A DNA stretch of 64,000 nt, taken from contig NC_059428.1 in the NCBI RefSeq assembly GCF_021028975.2, positions 90,396,001 to 90,460,000 of the forward strand. Reading direction: 5' to 3'. Shown piece by piece: positions 12,700-23,788 of this stretch. The stretch is from Sphaerodactylus townsendi. Taxonomy: Eukaryota. How positions within the stretch are numbered: the stretch's first letter is position 1; each line of letters opens with the position of its first letter. The translations under genes and the position numbers were made by a program. The notes below the pieces were generated by a model, which was not told the origin of the DNA, did no database searches, and saw only the letters and a list, made by a program, of their open reading frames with translations.

Positions 12700-13706
12700 C
12701 TAGCGGGCCTGACCACGCGTTGCTGTGGCAATTGTCCTTCTCATCACAGTCCGCAACCCACACAGATGTCCATGCAGGTCCAATGATCTCCAGCATAGCC
12801 TTTTGGGGTGGTCAAATGGAATCCCTCTTTCCCTTTTCAATTCACATTGTTATATGGTGCTGTCTTTTTTTTAGTATAAGGTAACCCTTTCCATTCCACA
12901 ACGGAACTGTCCAGAGTGTGAATCCCGCTGTCCATGAGGCTGGTTGATACGCACAGTCCTGGCTTGAGTAAGGCAGAAGTGGGGCAAGGAGGCTATCCTA
13001 GTCAGGCAGCAGAGGCAGGGTGGTGAGGTGCTCAGATCGAGGCCACCTCCCTGGGTTCTTAAAGGGCCACATGCAAAAGAAGTGGAGCCGGTAGTGTTGG
13101 TTCGCCCCCACCCCACAGCTTTTCTTAGAAGAAAAAGGCAAACTCCAGCTCGCTTTTAGTAAAAGAGAACTGTAGCAAATATGGGTGAGGAAGTGGGTAA
13201 GTGATGGTTGGATGTGAGGGAGGGCAGAGTGAGGTGTGTGAGGATGAGCTGGATGTGTATTGTGTGGTAGCAGTAGGTGAGGCACAGAGAGTGAAAGTTA
13301 CCTGCGTGTAAGGGGGGGAACCCAACTGACATCTCACACGGCAAAGTGTGTAAGTGTTTCACTTCCACTCGTATTACCTAACAGTATTACCTATTTACTG
13401 TTTTCACTGCTCATCTCTGGCCATCTGAGCAAACATTCTAAAGGCATCCCAAGCCCTCAGGCCACAGACAGACAGGCTGCGCGAACATTCTAAGGGTGAC
13501 AGTTAAACACAGCCAGCTTCATGGCCTGGTGCGCCAGGAAAAAGACGTATTACCTGGCTCAGGTATGGACTTTCGGCGATTTGAAGGTCCAATTACCTTC
13601 CTGCAACAGGGAGGGATGTCCTGTGAAAAATTGGGGGGCAATCCATCCAGCAGCTTCTGAGGGAGACCATCAAGGACAAACACACTGTTCAATTTATATA
13701 GATAGA
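12700..13706 (-). mobile_element. Non-autonomous Helitron (rolling-circle transposon), ~1.0 kb
   Basis: Minus strand starts A|TCTATCTATATAAAT and ends gccacagcaacgcgtggtc (hairpin)-aggcccg-CTAG|T. Inserted between A and T with no TSD, matching the canonical Helitron termini. Confidence 0.85.
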
Positions 13707-13914
13707 TTTCTAACTCATGGGGATCCTATGTAGAGTAGAGGGTGAATTGGTGACTTGATTGGGAGCAGAAGTTTCAGTTACTAGATAACAGTCCCTGGAG
13801 CTCAGTAAACTGGAGCTAATAGGAAAGGCTAACAATCATTTTGTGGAGAAATTTAGTGTGAGACTTTTAGAAAGGGAGGTCTATTTAAGACTACTATTTA
13901 AGACTACTAAATAT

Positions 13915-14520
13915 AGTTGGTCAGGGAGTTTCTGCAGTCACCTGCAACAGCTGTGGCATGTTTGTTTTTTGCTAGAAGATGTGGGTGGCTCTACCTTCAA
14001 CAAGTACAAATTGGTTGCTCTTTTGGAAGACAAGGTCCAGCAGCTTGAGGTGCACATATATACTCCTCAGCACATTAAGAAAAATTAGGTTTCCCTAGAG
14101 AATGGAGCTGACAGTACTGGGTAGAGAACACTCTGAGGAGTTCTCTTAGTGAGAGGGCAGCTCTCAAACACAGGAAGTGGGTGGTGTTTGGAGGAATGTT
14201 GCACATAGAAGTAGAGGGACCAGAGAATATTCTGTGAGTTTGAAGCTATGGAATCAATTTGAAATTCTCTCCTTTGCCAGTGAGGATAAGGAAGAAGCAC
14301 ATGAGCAACTGTTTTGGAGAATGTGTAAGTGAAAGAAGGTTCCGCGCATGGAATGGCCCCTGCAAAACCCCTGTAGGTGATTTACAGAAGCAGTGATTTA
14401 CAGGCCTGACAAGATGTCTTGAGAGGTGTGCTGTCTACCTGGGGAAAAGTCCATGATGTCACAAAGAAACTGCCAAGACTTGTCAAAGCCACCCTTTTGA
14501 TCCATGTGGGAACAGATGAT
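13915..14520 (+). mobile_element. CR1 LINE ORF1 remnant (zinc-finger/leucine zipper plus esterase-like domain)
   Basis: KYKLVALLEDKVQQLEVHI leucine-zipper-like segment. Frameshifted (V)CCLPGEKVHDVTKKLPRLVK...LLIHVGTDD esterase motifs typical of CR1 ORF1. Confidence 0.75.
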
Positions 14521-14636
14521 ACGTTGATGGTGTTATATCCAGCACCTCCAATTGCCCCCCAACATTGGAAACATAGCCTGAATTTACTGCTTGTAAGTCA
14601 TCCAGTGGCTAGATCTTAACCACTACACTATGCTGG

Positions 14637-16901
14637 AAAGCCCCACACTATGCTCCCATCTGAATCCCCCCTACGCACCAGCACACTTGCAAAGCTTACT
14701 GAGAAATCCACAGGAGCCCCGGCAGAGATTGTTCACAGTTCCAAGCATCCCATTTGCCACTACTGACGGATCGCATCCAATGCTCGCAGCTACTCACTGC
14801 TGAGCCACAAAGCAGCAGGCAAATTCACCCCGCTGGCATAGTAGGCAGGGATTCCCAAGCAATTTCCCCAAAAAAGCATCTCAGCCCGTGTAACCCAACA
14901 CTGCCTGGAGTGAGGCAAACAGGGTTTTGGGCACTGCAAGGGCAAAGGGGGCTGGTGCCAAACAAGGAAACCCCCCTCCCCAAAGACTTCAGCCTCTAGC
15001 TCTCCCTGGCAGTGCCAACTGATTGCTTCCATGGTTTGCAATGCAGCACATGATCTTCCTCCTCCTCTGGTGTTTCTGGGAAAGCAGGAGAGCCCAGCTT
15101 TGCGGAAGATGCCCAGCCCAGCCCAGCCCAGCGACCAAGCGGCACCTGAGAAAAACAAGTGGCTCTCTCAAACCCAGGGAGTGGTGCCAGTGCATTCCAG
15201 CGGGATGCTCCCCTGCAGCAGCCCCCTGCCTATTCAGCCACTCCTATGGGCACAAACTCAAAACAAACAGTCATGTATTCAAGTCTGGCATGGGGCAGAT
15301 GCATTTCCCTTGGGGCGGGGGTCACAGCTGTCTGTCAAGCCCCATGCTGCCTTTCAGGGATGCCCCCCCAAGGTGCCAGTTGAGCGTTGCTCCCCTCCCA
15401 CTTCTTAACTTGCTTAACCTGCCTGCTGCAGGGTCCTACCTCAAAATCCCACTTTTACAGGAGAACCCCTGCGCCTGGGGGCTGGGTTGTGGGACGCAAA
15501 GCCATTTCTGCAGACTGGCATGTATGTGTGCACACCCATGGTGCTTCTGGGGGAGGATCTGCAGAGCGGTTGGGCTGGGGGGAAGGAGGTTCAGCAACAG
15601 CAGCAACCCCGGGCGGGGGGAGGGCACCGCCTGGCATACACATGGCAGTGTTTGTGTAAAAATAACCCATGGCACCTGCAGGCGAGCATGAACAGAAAGG
15701 AGCATCTCACAAACACATACACACAAACACCACCCGAGCTGGCACCTTTAAGCCCGAGGAAGGGAAAGCCAGGCATTGCAACCCACCCCTGAACTTTGAG
15801 TTTGTCCTCCCAGGCGCGCGAAAGCTCCTCCTCCCTTAGTTTGACAGGGGACCAAACCCTCTCCAACAAAGGGCTGCCAAGGGCGCCGATCCACTCGCTT
15901 CTTGTGGGAATGCGTGTCTTGTGTCCCCAGCGTCCCCCCCCCCACTCCAGAGAGTGCAGCACCCCTCCAGGAGGGCAGCAGCAGAACCTGGGGGCAGCGG
16001 GGGGGGGGACAGGGAACTCTCCCCGCCCCACTCCAAGCCCAGCCCTGGCAAAGGGAAAGAGCAGGGATCTGGACAGCAAAGGGGATGCTGAAAAAGAGGA
16101 GTGGCAGGAGGAAGGGATAGGGTGCAGTTTGGTTTGCTGGGTGGAGAGACCCTCACTCCCACACAGGGAACATTGGGTGGTCTAGGGGCTCCTCCTCAGC
16201 TCCCCTCCTCACCTGCCCCCAGCAGTGTTGGCTCCTTGAGCGCACCCACTGTCTGGCTGTGTGTGGGGGGGGGAGAGATGGCTGCCAGTGCCTCTCACCT
16301 GCCTCCAGCGGTGCTTGGGCGCCCACAGTTTGTCCGCATTGCTGGCCCATTACTCCCCCCCTCCACAGCCGGACTGGTTCCTGTGGGCCATGGGCGCGCT
16401 CGCGGAGCAAACACTGGCGAGGCGGGTGAGGCCAAGGAAAGGCTGACAAGTCCGGCTGTGTGTGTGTGGGGGGGAGCGATCATGGGCTGGTTCGCTGCCT
16501 CGCTCACCTGCCACCACCTGTTGTTGCTGCTGCTGGGCTCCCACTTGGCTTCCCTTCTCAGCTTTTGCCTTCTTCTGTGCTGGCCAGCCCGGGGAGAAGT
16601 CTTGTGACTGTTTGCAGGCCGGCCGGAAGAGAAGGCAAGGCATGCCGGCTCAGAGGGAGGAGGAGCTCCCGCCTCCGAGGCTTCTGATCTTGATGACTCA
16701 CAGCCCCTGCAGAGGTCAGGAGAATGCCTGGGAGGGTGGGGATTTTGCACGCCCCCTGGACTGGACATTCCAGGCCACCGTCCTTGCTGGACTGAGGCAT
16801 GGTGGGTAACTGTGGGGGACATTTTGGCGCCCCCCATGTGACTTTAATCGGTGCGCCTGGGGACAAGGGGTACCCCACGTCCCTAGGCAAATTCACCACT
16901 G
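14637..16901. other. GC-rich block of unknown origin ending in a hAT-like terminus
   Basis: Abrupt rise in GC and CpG relative to the flanks. The right end ...ggcgcccc...ggggacaaggggtacccc...aattcaccactg resembles the ends of the elements at 31014-31287 and 18215-19134. Left terminus and TSD not found. Confidence 0.5.
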
Positions 16902-17310
16902 TAACTTGCATAAGTCCGTTAAGAAGGGAATACCGTGATCACTAAAAGTCAATATAACTTTCTCAAAAACAAGTCATGGCAAAGTAATATTATCCACTCT
17001 CTTTTTTTTCTTTTGATAGTATGACAAGTTTGGTAGGTAATGGGAATGCTGTTGATATAGTATACATTGACTTCCGAAAGGTGTTTGACAAGATCTCCCA
17101 TGATATTCTTGCCAGCAAGCTAGTAAAATGAATGCTAAAAAAGCTACTGTTAGATGTATTTGTAATTGGTTGACTGACCAAATCCAAAGGGTGCTCACCA
17201 ATGGTTCATCTTTAGTGATGAAAGTGACTAGTGGGATGCCACAGGGTTCTGTCCTGGGCCCAGTGCTATTCAGTATTTTTATCAGTCATTTGGATGATAG
17301 AACTGAGGGC

Positions 17311-17376
17311 TAATTTATTTTTATTTATTTATTTATTTATTGTTTCAATTTCTATACCGCCCGATCCCCGAAGGGG
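17311..17376 (-). mobile_element. Very short L2-type 3' tail with (TAAA)n inserted in the CR1
   Basis: (ttta)n...ctataccgcccgatccccgaagggg matches the L2-like tails at ~51950-52030 and 63230-63250. Confidence 0.6.
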
Positions 17377-18214
17377 ATCAAAGTTGCAGATGACACCAAA
17401 TTAGAAGGGGTAGCTAATATGTCATGTGACAGGATCAGAATTCAAAATGGCCTGGACAGATTAGACAACTGGCCCAAAACTAACAAAATAAAATTCAACA
17501 GAGATAAATGTAAGATACTACATGTTAGCAGAAAAAGAATGAAATGCACGAATATAGAATGAGTGACCCCTGGCTTCACAACAGTACATGTAAAAGGGAT
17601 CTGAGAGTCTTAATAGTTTACGAACCAAACATGAGTCAGCAGTGTAATGTGGCAGCCAGGGAAGCCAACATAATTCTGGGCTGCATGAACAGGAGTATAG
17701 TGTCTAGATCGAGGGATGTAATAGTACCACTTTATTCTGCATTGGTCAGACTTCACCTGAAATGCTATGTTTACAAGTTCTTTGTGCCACAATTCAAGAA
17801 GGATATTGAAAAGTTGGAATGGGTTCATAGGAGGGTGACCAAAATGGTAAAATGTTTGGATTTCATGCCCTATGAGGAACAGCTTAGAGAGCTGGATTTG
17901 TTTGGTTTGGAGAAGAGGAGATTAAGGGGTGACATGATAACCATGTTTAAATATTTGAAAAGATGTCATGTTGAAGATGGAGTAAGGAGTAATTTATTCT
18001 AGGTGCAGGAAAAGAAATTCCACCTAAACATTACAAAAAAACCTTCCTGACAGTAAGGGCAAATGGAATACACTGCTTCAAAGGGAGGTGGTGACTCATT
18101 CTTTGGAGGTTTTTTTTTAAACAGAGGCTGGATGGCCATCTGTCAAGGGTGCTTTGATTGTGTATTCCTGCATGGCAGGGGTTGAACTAGATAGCTCTAG
18201 TGGTCTCTTCCAAC

Positions 18215-19134
18215 CAGGGGTGTAACGAGGCAAACTGTAGCCCTGGGCAAAACCTGAGTTGGATGCCCTCCCCCCCCCAAGGGCCAATTTTTTTTGCACC
18301 AGGACATTGGTGCCTGCAGGGGGTGCATTTTTAGACATATCAGCACCAAAAATTCAGTGTATCATCAGGAGACTGTCTTTATACTACTCCCCAAGTTTTG
18401 TGAGGTTTGGTTCAAGGAGTCCAAAGTTATGGACTCCCAAAGGGGGTGCCCCTATCCCCCATTGTTTCCAATGGGAGCTAATAGGAGATGGGGGCTACAG
18501 TTTTGAGGCCCCATAACTTTGCCCCCCCTGAACCAAACTGCACCAAACCTGGGGTGTATCATCAGGGCAGTCTCCTGATGAGACCCTGAAAGTTTTGAGA
18601 CTGTGACTTCAGAAATGTGCCCCCCCAGCTTGCAACCCCCATTGACAGCAATACAGAAAACTCAATGCAGAACAAAGATTCTTGGGCAAATTTCTGAGAT
18701 GTTCCTGCAGGGGGTGCATCTTTGGATATATTGGCACCAAAATTTCAGGGTACCATCTGGAAACTGTCCTTATGGGACCCCCAAAGTTTGGTGCAGTTTG
18801 GTTCAGGGGGGTTAAAGTTATGGACACTCAAATCTGTAGCCCCCATCTCCTATTAGCTCCCATTGGAAACAATGGGGGATGGGGCACCCCTTTTGGGAGT
18901 CCATAACTTTGGACTCCTTGAACATAACCTCACCAAACTTGGTGGGTATCATAGGGACAGTCCCCTGATGATACGCTGAAAATTTGGTGCCACTAGCCTA
19001 CAAACTGCGCCCCCTGCAGGCCAAAAATTGAAAACCACTAAAAATACATAAAAACGAACTCTGCATTTTGATGCGCCCCACAAGGTGATGTCCTGGGCAG
19101 CCGCCCACCTTGCCCAATGGGCATTATGCCTATG
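18215..19134. mobile_element. Non-autonomous hAT DNA transposon with nested internal palindromes; 8-bp TSD
   Basis: Perfect TSD cttccaac at 18207-18214 and 19135-19142. Imperfect TIR caggggtgtaa / ttatgcctatg. Interrupts the CR1 3' UTR. Confidence 0.85.
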
Positions 19135-20168
19135 CTTCCAACTCTAGGATTCCAGGATTCTATCTCTTATGTAACCATCACATGCCTGTGGGACTGGACA
19201 AATGGTACATGATTCACTGCTGGTAATGAGCCAAAAATATTTTACAAGTTGGAAAGAAACTGCCAGATGAATGGCTTGTGAAATGCCTATTAGAGTTGAG
19301 CAAGTCATGAATGATGTCATAAACGAAAGTTGGGTAACTTTATCTCTGACAACAAAGCTGATTAGCATCTAAATGGAGATTTCATGACAGCAGACAGACA
19401 ATGTTCTAAATACTTCCTGGAAAGTCTTGATCAGAGAAAACTGATAGATGTGTCACTGAGTGTTGCGAAGAGGATTACCCAGATAAAATGAAATAAACAG
19501 AGAGACTGCTTAGACCAGCTTGTTTAAAACCAGGGTTAGTAATAGCCACTTCAAAGAAAATCAGGATCATTTCAAAAGTGTTTGAAGTGGCAGAGAAGCT
19601 TTAAGGAATTTCATCACAAAATATCAGAAAAAAGCAGGATATTCCACAAGGCAGTGCTATTGTTGATTTTCAGTCATTCTGTGGTAATTTATTATTTCCA
19701 GTGGGCTGTGAAAGGTGCTGTGTATTGATTGGATCAGAATAGGGAGAGCAATGGCTCGGAGTTAGTTTTGCTTGGGCTAGCAAGTTTCAAAGTTCCACAC
19801 AGTATTTTATGTAATTTTAATGATGCATCAGCAAGACCTCAATTCCTTAGCAATGCCTCCAAACCTTCAGCATTATTATGTTACCTAAAGTACACTGTCT
19901 AGGAATGAGTAATAGTTATTGTTAAAATAAAATTATACTCGGCAGTGCACTGACCAATTGTTTGTTTCTGTTCACATCTGCACAGATTGTGATTTAGAAT
20001 GCACAGGACGAAACCACTGGATACCTGAAGGAAGAAGAAATTAAGTGAAAAACAAGTATTATCTCTTCCATATTTTCCTATAGGTAAACAACAACATCAA
20101 CAAATGAGGAAGCTTAGCAGCAGATATAATTGCTTTCTCAGAAAACATTTTGACCAGCTGCATCCTTT

Positions 20169-20172
<4 letters not shown>

Positions 20173-20225
<53 letters not shown>
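20173..20225. repeat. (AG)n microsatellite
   Basis: Direct inspection. Confidence 0.97.
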
Positions 20226-20228
<3 letters not shown>

Positions 20229-20547
20229 CCAGTGATAAACTACAGCTGTTCAGTTCTGGAGTATAAATTAGGGATGGGTGAATATTTTATCTCTTCATAT
20301 TTGTTCATATTTTTGCCTCAGAGTTTAGTTCTCTGCTTTTTATACATGATTTTATAGACACATGTAACATAAAGGGGACTGATTGTCAATGTATGTGTGT
20401 GAAAATTCCCCCCTTCCACTGCAAACTACTAGCTTCTCCCTTCATGCTGTTATTACAGTCCTTGGCTCCCAAAGAGCATCTTTTCAGTGCTGTAACAGGT
20501 CAGGAAAGCAAGTAAACTGTGAGTGAAGCATTAAGAACTAAATCTAC

Positions 20548-20910
20548 CAGACCAAGGCCCAGAAGCATGTGTGTGTGGGGGGGGGGATGGTGCCTGGGAA
20601 CAACTCCTTCAGTGGGGCTTGGGACTTGGAGGCGCTGACCTGCACTGAGACCACACTCAGGGGTGGGGGGCGGAATTTAGGCGTGGGGCCAAGCCAGAGC
20701 CTCAACCTATGTGCAGGCCAGCTTTTGAATGCTGGCCGGAATGGAGGCAGGGGCATGGCTTGGGGTGGGGCTGCACCCTCCTGCACTCAGGGGCATGGGT
20801 AAGGGCAGGGCTGAGCCATGCCCCCAGCCTCCGTGCAGGCTGGCTTTTGAAAGCCGGCCTGCAGGGAGGCAGGGGACATGGCTTGGGGGGGGGGTGCACC
20901 CTCCCATGCT
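20548..20910. mobile_element. GC-rich non-autonomous DNA-element fragment with internal direct repeat
   Basis: Two copies of gtgcaggc(c/t)(a/g)gcttttgaa...aggcagggg(a)catggcttgggg (20711-20780 and 20833-20900) in an AT-rich background. Confidence 0.45.
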
Positions 20911-22239
20911 CATCACATGTGCTATTTTACAATTTCAGTCCATGAAGAAAAAACAAGAGGGCACAGCCAATGACTAGTAATTGTACAACTGAGGGTTCTT
21001 ACACCTATTCAGTTGGGAAGTGTTCAAGTTAATAGAAACAGAATTAATATTCACCTCAAGTCCACTTTGCACTGAGTACTAGAATGATTTAGAGGGTTTT
21101 GACTGTGTGGAAATGCAAAATTCACACACCATATTTTCACTTTCCTATTTGGAGGACAAGCTGACCAAAACAATGGTCTGCTAGGAAGACTGCCAAGTTT
21201 TAATGTATCAGTACTCTCTGCATGTCAGTCTTACAGCTGTGCTCCACAGATATCCTCCTGACACCCAGTAGTGCTGCATTTTACATTTTAATAAGACGTG
21301 GTGGTAATGCATCGCAATGGTGTGGCAACAGGGAAAGTGCCTTGTAAAAATGGTTTGGGAACACAAACAGCTATACAGCAGATTGCCCACAATAGAGGGA
21401 AATATATTGCAATATCATCGGAATGAGATGAAATGCAAAGGTTTTTTGTCCTTCTGTATGCTGGCAAAAAAATATGATCCTTTGTATTCACTAGTGAGCA
21501 CAACACTCGCTGAAAGATAATCAGGTTGAACGAAATGGAATAAAAAAACAAAAAAAATGTTCTTGCTGATTGCCAGCAATTACATTCTTCCCAGGGAACT
21601 CTGCCATGCACTGCGACATTCCATGAGAATCATTCCAACCTTTAAAAAATGTTTCAATTCATAGAAGGTACTACTAGCAGCTCTTTTTGCTTCTTACAAA
21701 AACCAGTAAGGGCTTGTCTTCCTTTTTTCAGTCTAATTTCACCTCCAATGCATTTTGCTCATGTTTATGCTCATGTTTATGTCACGAAACATTGTGTGTA
21801 AAATGTACAATCTATATTCACTTAATGTGTATCTGGTTCTGTTGATTCCCAAAGGAAAACATACACCGTGCTTTAGGGTTGATTTATTAGCTGAAGTGAT
21901 GGGCTATCACCTGTATTTGTTTTCACTTATTTGATATTTGACTACTTTAAAAGCTGTCAGTGATAAAATATTTTTGTTTAATGTGTGATGTATCTGAGAA
22001 AAATATTGTACTTGCACTCTGAAATAAAGCTATGAAACAAAGAAATGGGGTTACACAAGGTTATTATTAGCTGATATGCTACCATAAATTATAAACAATT
22101 CCATTCCACCCATTGTCAAGCATGTTAGCATAACTATGGACAGCAGCTTGGTTCTCAATGATCAGAGAACCTCAGCCTGGCTTTAACTTCACTATGCAGT
22201 ATTATTGAGTCTCTTGTATCATCACTTGCTCACCGAAAT

Positions 22240-22760
22240 ATTTGGGGAAGAGAAGGCGGCCAACCTAATCCTCATTGATCTATGCTGGTTGGGATTAGAC
22301 TTCAAGCAATGCCACCAAACTGCAAGAGAGTATCTCTGCCCTACTTGGTCAGCTTTGAGAGGTTGGAAATTGACAGGGCAATTGCCCTTCATAAGAAGGT
22401 ACTTGCCATTTTTTCTTATGCCTGTTGTCATGCTGCTCATACTCACCCTTTTTAAAACTAGATCTCTTCCCCAGCAGGCAAAAAGCAGGCAAAAGAGGAA
22501 TTATGCCTTTTCATCAGTCTGGAATGATTCCTGCTTGATCCCAAGGCAGAATTGCAAAATCTGGACTGGGCAATTCTTGGAGATTTGCATGTGATGCTGG
22601 GGAAGATGGAGTTAGGGGATGGGTAGGAGTCAGTCCACTCACTACTAATTGTGTGTGGGTTCTTTCCTTTGCTTCCCGAAAAACTGGCCATTTTTCTTCT
22701 CAGTGCTGCTTTTGTGAATGTCTCCAAGACTGGTAATTATCACCCTTGCCAAAATGCTAT
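22240..22760 (+). mobile_element. Possible ancient DIRS-like (tyrosine recombinase retrotransposon) remnant
   Basis: Weak peptide resemblance only: EEKAANLILI..W, LRGWKL, TLFKTRS, Y...VW, KLAIFLL in DIRS-like order. Confidence 0.25.
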
Positions 22761-23054
22761 CCAACCACCTCCTTTGTTCTCTAGTTAGCTTTTGTCAACT
22801 TTACATGTATATGTATATGTTGATCATTTGCAATCCATTTGATTTTATTAATATATCCCATTCCAGTTACAATCACTGCTATTTATCACTTGGGACAATA
22901 CAGGTTATTGATCCTAGTTACTCTCTCTTGCTCTGTCTTTAGTGAATTGCCCCTATTTAAGTGGAGGCTGTCTGCCAGGGGTAATATAATGTTAATGTGA
23001 TATGACTCTAGGACATGTTTATCCTAAATTCTTTATACCAGATAATTTATCCTC

Positions 23055-23410
23055 TGAAACTTCCAGTTTCCTTCATAGGAGCTGATATCTGTGGTCTGGA
23101 GATCAGTTGTAATTCTGAGAGATCTCCAGGGCCCAACTGGAGGCTGGAAACTCTACAAGATACACTGGTATGATGGGCATGTGTGCATGCAACCAAAAAC
23201 TTCTATTAGAGATGCCAACAAGTTGAGAAATACTTATGATTTGCAGGTGGAGTCTGGGGACAATGGGGTTGGGGAAGAGAGTGGGATCTAATGTCATAGA
23301 AGTCACCCTCCAAAGCATCAGTTTTCTCCAGAAAGTGATCTTTATAGGGTGGAGATAAGTTGTAGTCCTGGAAGTTCTTCAGGCTCCATCAGGAAGCTGG
23401 AAGCCTTACC
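23055..23410 (+). mobile_element. Two degraded copies of a short squamate MITE-type repeat
   Basis: Repeated module ctgatctctgtggtctggagatcagttgtaattc...ccaggnccnactggaggctggnaancct at ~23080-23155 and ~23335-23408. Confidence 0.55.
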
Positions 23411-23594
23411 TGATGTAAAATGACCCTGTGCAGCTCCTTTTTGATTGACTGCTCACATGAGAGAGTCAATGACTCCCCAAGAGCCAATAGTGTTCTTAGA
23501 TCAGGGACTGGCATAAAGGAGCATTTCAGCCACACAGGATGGGAGTTAAACAGTGGCCTTGGTGGTCCTGATTGGGAAGAAATTTGTAAATGAC

Positions 23595-23788
23595 CATATA
23601 TGAAGCTGCCATTTACTGGGTTGGTTCATCAAGATCTGTACTGTCTATCCAGACTGGCAGTAGCTTTCCAAGGTCTCAAGAAGATGTTTTTCGTGTCAAC
23701 TACTGCCTTGTTCTCTTAACTGGAGATGTCAAAGATTGAACCTTAGACCATCTGCAGAGGCCCTTTCAGTGAGCCACTGCCCCTCCCC
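23595..23788 (-). mobile_element. tRNA-derived squamate SINE (Squam3-like)
   Basis: Minus strand has a ggggaggggcagtggctcactg head, B-box-like ggttcaatc, body gagagctactgccagtctg and tail ggcagcttcatatatg. Confidence 0.7.

Larger units (their letters stand above)
16902..19162 (+). mobile_element. CR1 LINE ORF2 RT and 3' end (degraded), interrupted by insertions
   Basis: [74 protein letters not shown]. 3' UTR ...ggtctcttccaac|tctaggattc with an attcta-type tail at 19143-19162. Confidence 0.92.

Noticed and set aside
12871-13116. ORF inside the Helitron as a RepHel fragment
   Set aside because: No Rep HUH/Y2 or PIF1 helicase motifs are recognisable.
15406-15413. taacttgc matching the 8 bp after the hAT-like end at 16901, as a TSD
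   Set aside because: Not followed by a TIR-like sequence; probably a chance match.
18313-19020. Repeat-spacer pattern as a CRISPR array
   Set aside because: Units are ~120 bp and alternate in orientation, the spacers are inverted copies of each other, the context is eukaryotic, and there are no cas genes.
23720-23788. tRNA gene
   Set aside because: It is the degenerate tRNA-derived head of a SINE, with no intact cloverleaf.
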